Below are positions 33,105 to 34,677 of a DNA stretch of 34,677 nucleotides, one piece after another; the stretch's first letter is position 1; each line of letters begins with the position of its first letter. The position numbers and the translations under genes were made by a program. The stretch is from positions 4,679 to 39,355 of the forward strand of contig DCGC01000040.1 in the NCBI GenBank assembly GCA_002315165.1, read 5' to 3'. The DNA is from Candidatus Saccharibacteria bacterium UBA1788 (GTDB taxonomy: Bacteria > Patescibacteriota > Saccharimonadia > Saccharimonadales > Saccharimonadaceae). The notes beneath the pieces are model-generated. The model searched no databases, was not told the origin of the DNA, and saw only the letters and a program-made list of their open reading frames with translations.

Positions 33105-34456
33105 TGGCAAAAGCCAAAACACAATTCGTTTGCCAAGAATGCGGTGCTACTACTTCAAAATGGGTAGGCAAATGTCCTAATTGTGGCGAATGGAACACTA
33201 TCGTAGAATCTCTCGAAACTCAAGAAACCGAAGAACGCACCGCTATTGCTCGTGGCAAAGCTTCTGGTAAAACCCTTGAGTACGTAAATATTAAATCCAT
33301 CATTCCTTCCGACGATAGTGAACGCTTAGAAACTGGTTTTCCTGACCTAAACGTAGTTTTCGGTGGTGGTGTTCTGCTTGGCTCAGTAACATTGCTTACT
33401 GGCCAACCAGGCATCGGCAAGTCTACTCTGCTTATGCAGGTCTGCTCAGCAATCGCAAAAACCCGTCCTGTCCTTTATATTTCTGGCGAGGAGTCTGCCG
33501 GTCAGGTCAAGCTTCGTGCCGAACGCCTCGGCGCTAACGAAGAAAAGCTCTGTTTTGTAAGCTCAACTTCGGGTAACGACATCGCCAAAACTATCGAATC
33601 TGGCGAGTTTGATTTTGTTGTTATAGATTCTATCCAGACCCTTTCGTTAGCAGAAATTGCCTCAGCCCCAGGCGGCGTTTCTCAAGTTACTAATTGCGGG
33701 AACTTAATTATTCGTGCCGCTAAGGCTTCCAACACTGCAGTTGTTATTGTGGGGCACGTTACTAAAGACGGCACGCTTGCTGGCCCAAAAGTGCTTGAAC
33801 ATCTTGTCGACGTCGTCGTAAACTTCGAGGGCGATCGTTATGGTGGGTTTAAGACTGTTCGTGCTATCAAAAATCGTTTCGGTTCTACTAGTGAAGTTGC
33901 CATTTTTGAAATGGATGGCACCGGCCTTAGAGAGGTTGTAAATCCTTCTGCCGCTCTTCTTGCCGAGCGTCAAAACGTCGATGGCAGTATTATTCTCGCA
34001 ACCCTTGAGGGAACTAGACCAATTCTTGTCGAAGTTCAAGCTTTGGTTACTAAATCTAATTTTGGCTACCCTAAACGCGCTGCTTCCGGTTTTGATATTA
34101 ATCGTCTCAATCTCCTTATCGCCGTAGTTGAGCGCCGCACAAAACTTAAATTAGACGATAAAGATATATTCATTAACATTGTTGGCGGCCTGCGTATTCA
34201 AGATTCGGCAGCCGACCTTGCCGTTTGTTTGGCTATTGCTTCTGCAGTTTCTGGTCGTAAACTATCTGAAGAATATGTAGTTTTTGGCGAAGTTGGTTTG
34301 GGCGGGGAAGTGCGTTCGGCCTTTCGTCCAGACCAGAGGATTGCTGAAGCTAAGAAGCTCGGTTTTACCCATGCTATCGCGCCAGCCACAATCAAGGACA
34401 AATTCGTCATTCCAGTCCGTGACCTCCGTAAAGCCCTGATTGATTATGTCAAATAA
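33104..34456 (+). CDS. radA: DNA repair protein RadA/Sms
   Basis: CQECG...GKCPNCGEW Zn finger, GQPGIGKST, KNRFG, Lon-like C-terminal domain; start revised to ATG 33104 (TAATG overlap). Confidence 0.97.
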   Translation: MAKAKTQFVCQECGATTSKWVGKCPNCGEWNTIVESLETQETEERTAIARGKASGKTLEYVNIKSIIPSDDSERLETGFPDLNVVFGGGVLLGSVTLLTGQPGIGKSTLLMQVCSAIAKTRPVLYISGEESAGQVKLRAERLGANEEKLCFVSSTSGNDIAKTIESGEFDFVVIDSIQTLSLAEIASAPGGVSQVTNCGNLIIRAAKASNTAVVIVGHVTKDGTLAGPKVLEHLVDVVVNFEGDRYGGFKTVRAIKNRFGSTSEVAIFEMDGTGLREVVNPSAALLAERQNVDGSIILATLEGTRPILVEVQALVTKSNFGYPKRAASGFDINRLNLLIAVVERRTKLKLDDKDIFINIVGGLRIQDSAADLAVCLAIASAVSGRKLSEEYVVFGEVGLGGEVRSAFRPDQRIAEAKKLGFTHAIAPATIKDKFVIPVRDLRKALIDYVK

Positions 34457-34675
34457 CTAGCGGGCAAGGCAACGAAGGGAAAAACCATGACCATGAACAC
34501 CGTTATATTGAGAACAAACATAACCAGAAGCGAAATATAAATTATAAGAATTCTTCGCTAATGAGCTAATGCGGCGAGACCAGTAGTTCCCAAGCAACGA
34601 CTGATAATCTAAAGTGCCGCCACTGTAGAGGTAACGCCCAACCCGTCCAAATCCCATCGGAGCCATCAAAAGAGC
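34457..34675 (-). CDS. C-terminus of a FISUMP/Fib_succ_major-like (CLec-fold) protein, truncated by window edge
   Basis: Open frame runs off the edge; GNYWS...YNLYF...GFSLRCL* is the family's terminal signature. Confidence 0.78.
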   Translation of the reverse strand, partial: ALLMAPMGFGRVGRYLYSGGTLDYQSLLGNYWSRRISSLAKNSYNLYFASGYVCSQYNGVHGHGFSLRCLAR

Positions 34676-34677
34676 AG

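Noticed and set aside
1-34677. Genetic code 25 (TGA=Gly) as in some CPR
   Set aside because: Conserved genes are intact under code 11 and TGA ends tpiA at the expected place.

Overview
Gene-dense, AT-rich bacterial chromosome segment (genetic code 11). Gene content and style point by inference to Candidatus Saccharibacteria (CPR/TM7): a VirB6/TrbL-like giant membrane protein, an orphan PilB, a FISUMP-type C-terminus, an RNase J with a long N-terminal extension and many leaderless genes. Housekeeping genes are tpiA (end), folD, murB, murI, nusA, rnj, pgi, gpmI, a galU-like gene and radA, plus six tRNAs (His, Gly, Lys, Arg x2, Leu). There is a 5' cluster of orphan surface/membrane proteins including an LPKTG-anchored DUF11-type protein, a tRNA-bounded two-component system + ABC exporter module, and a complete agmatine deiminase pathway (carbamate kinase, putrescine carbamoyltransferase, antiporter, deiminase). 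The most notable non-obvious signals are: (1) the agmatine, not arginine, deiminase pathway; (2) a response-regulator direct-repeat box with identical spacing in the TCS and ABC promoters; (3) an unannotated 33-aa basic ORF with its own promoter and terminator; (4) three orphan genes whose 5' leaders are complementary to the sequence just after their stop codons; (5) a duplicated, hairpin-interrupted 5' half of tRNA-Lys; (6) non-canonical tRNAs; (7) palindromic bidirectional extended -10 promoters; (8) a possible DGR-type variable C-terminus at the right edge. All calls are from reading the sequence by eye; no database searches were run.
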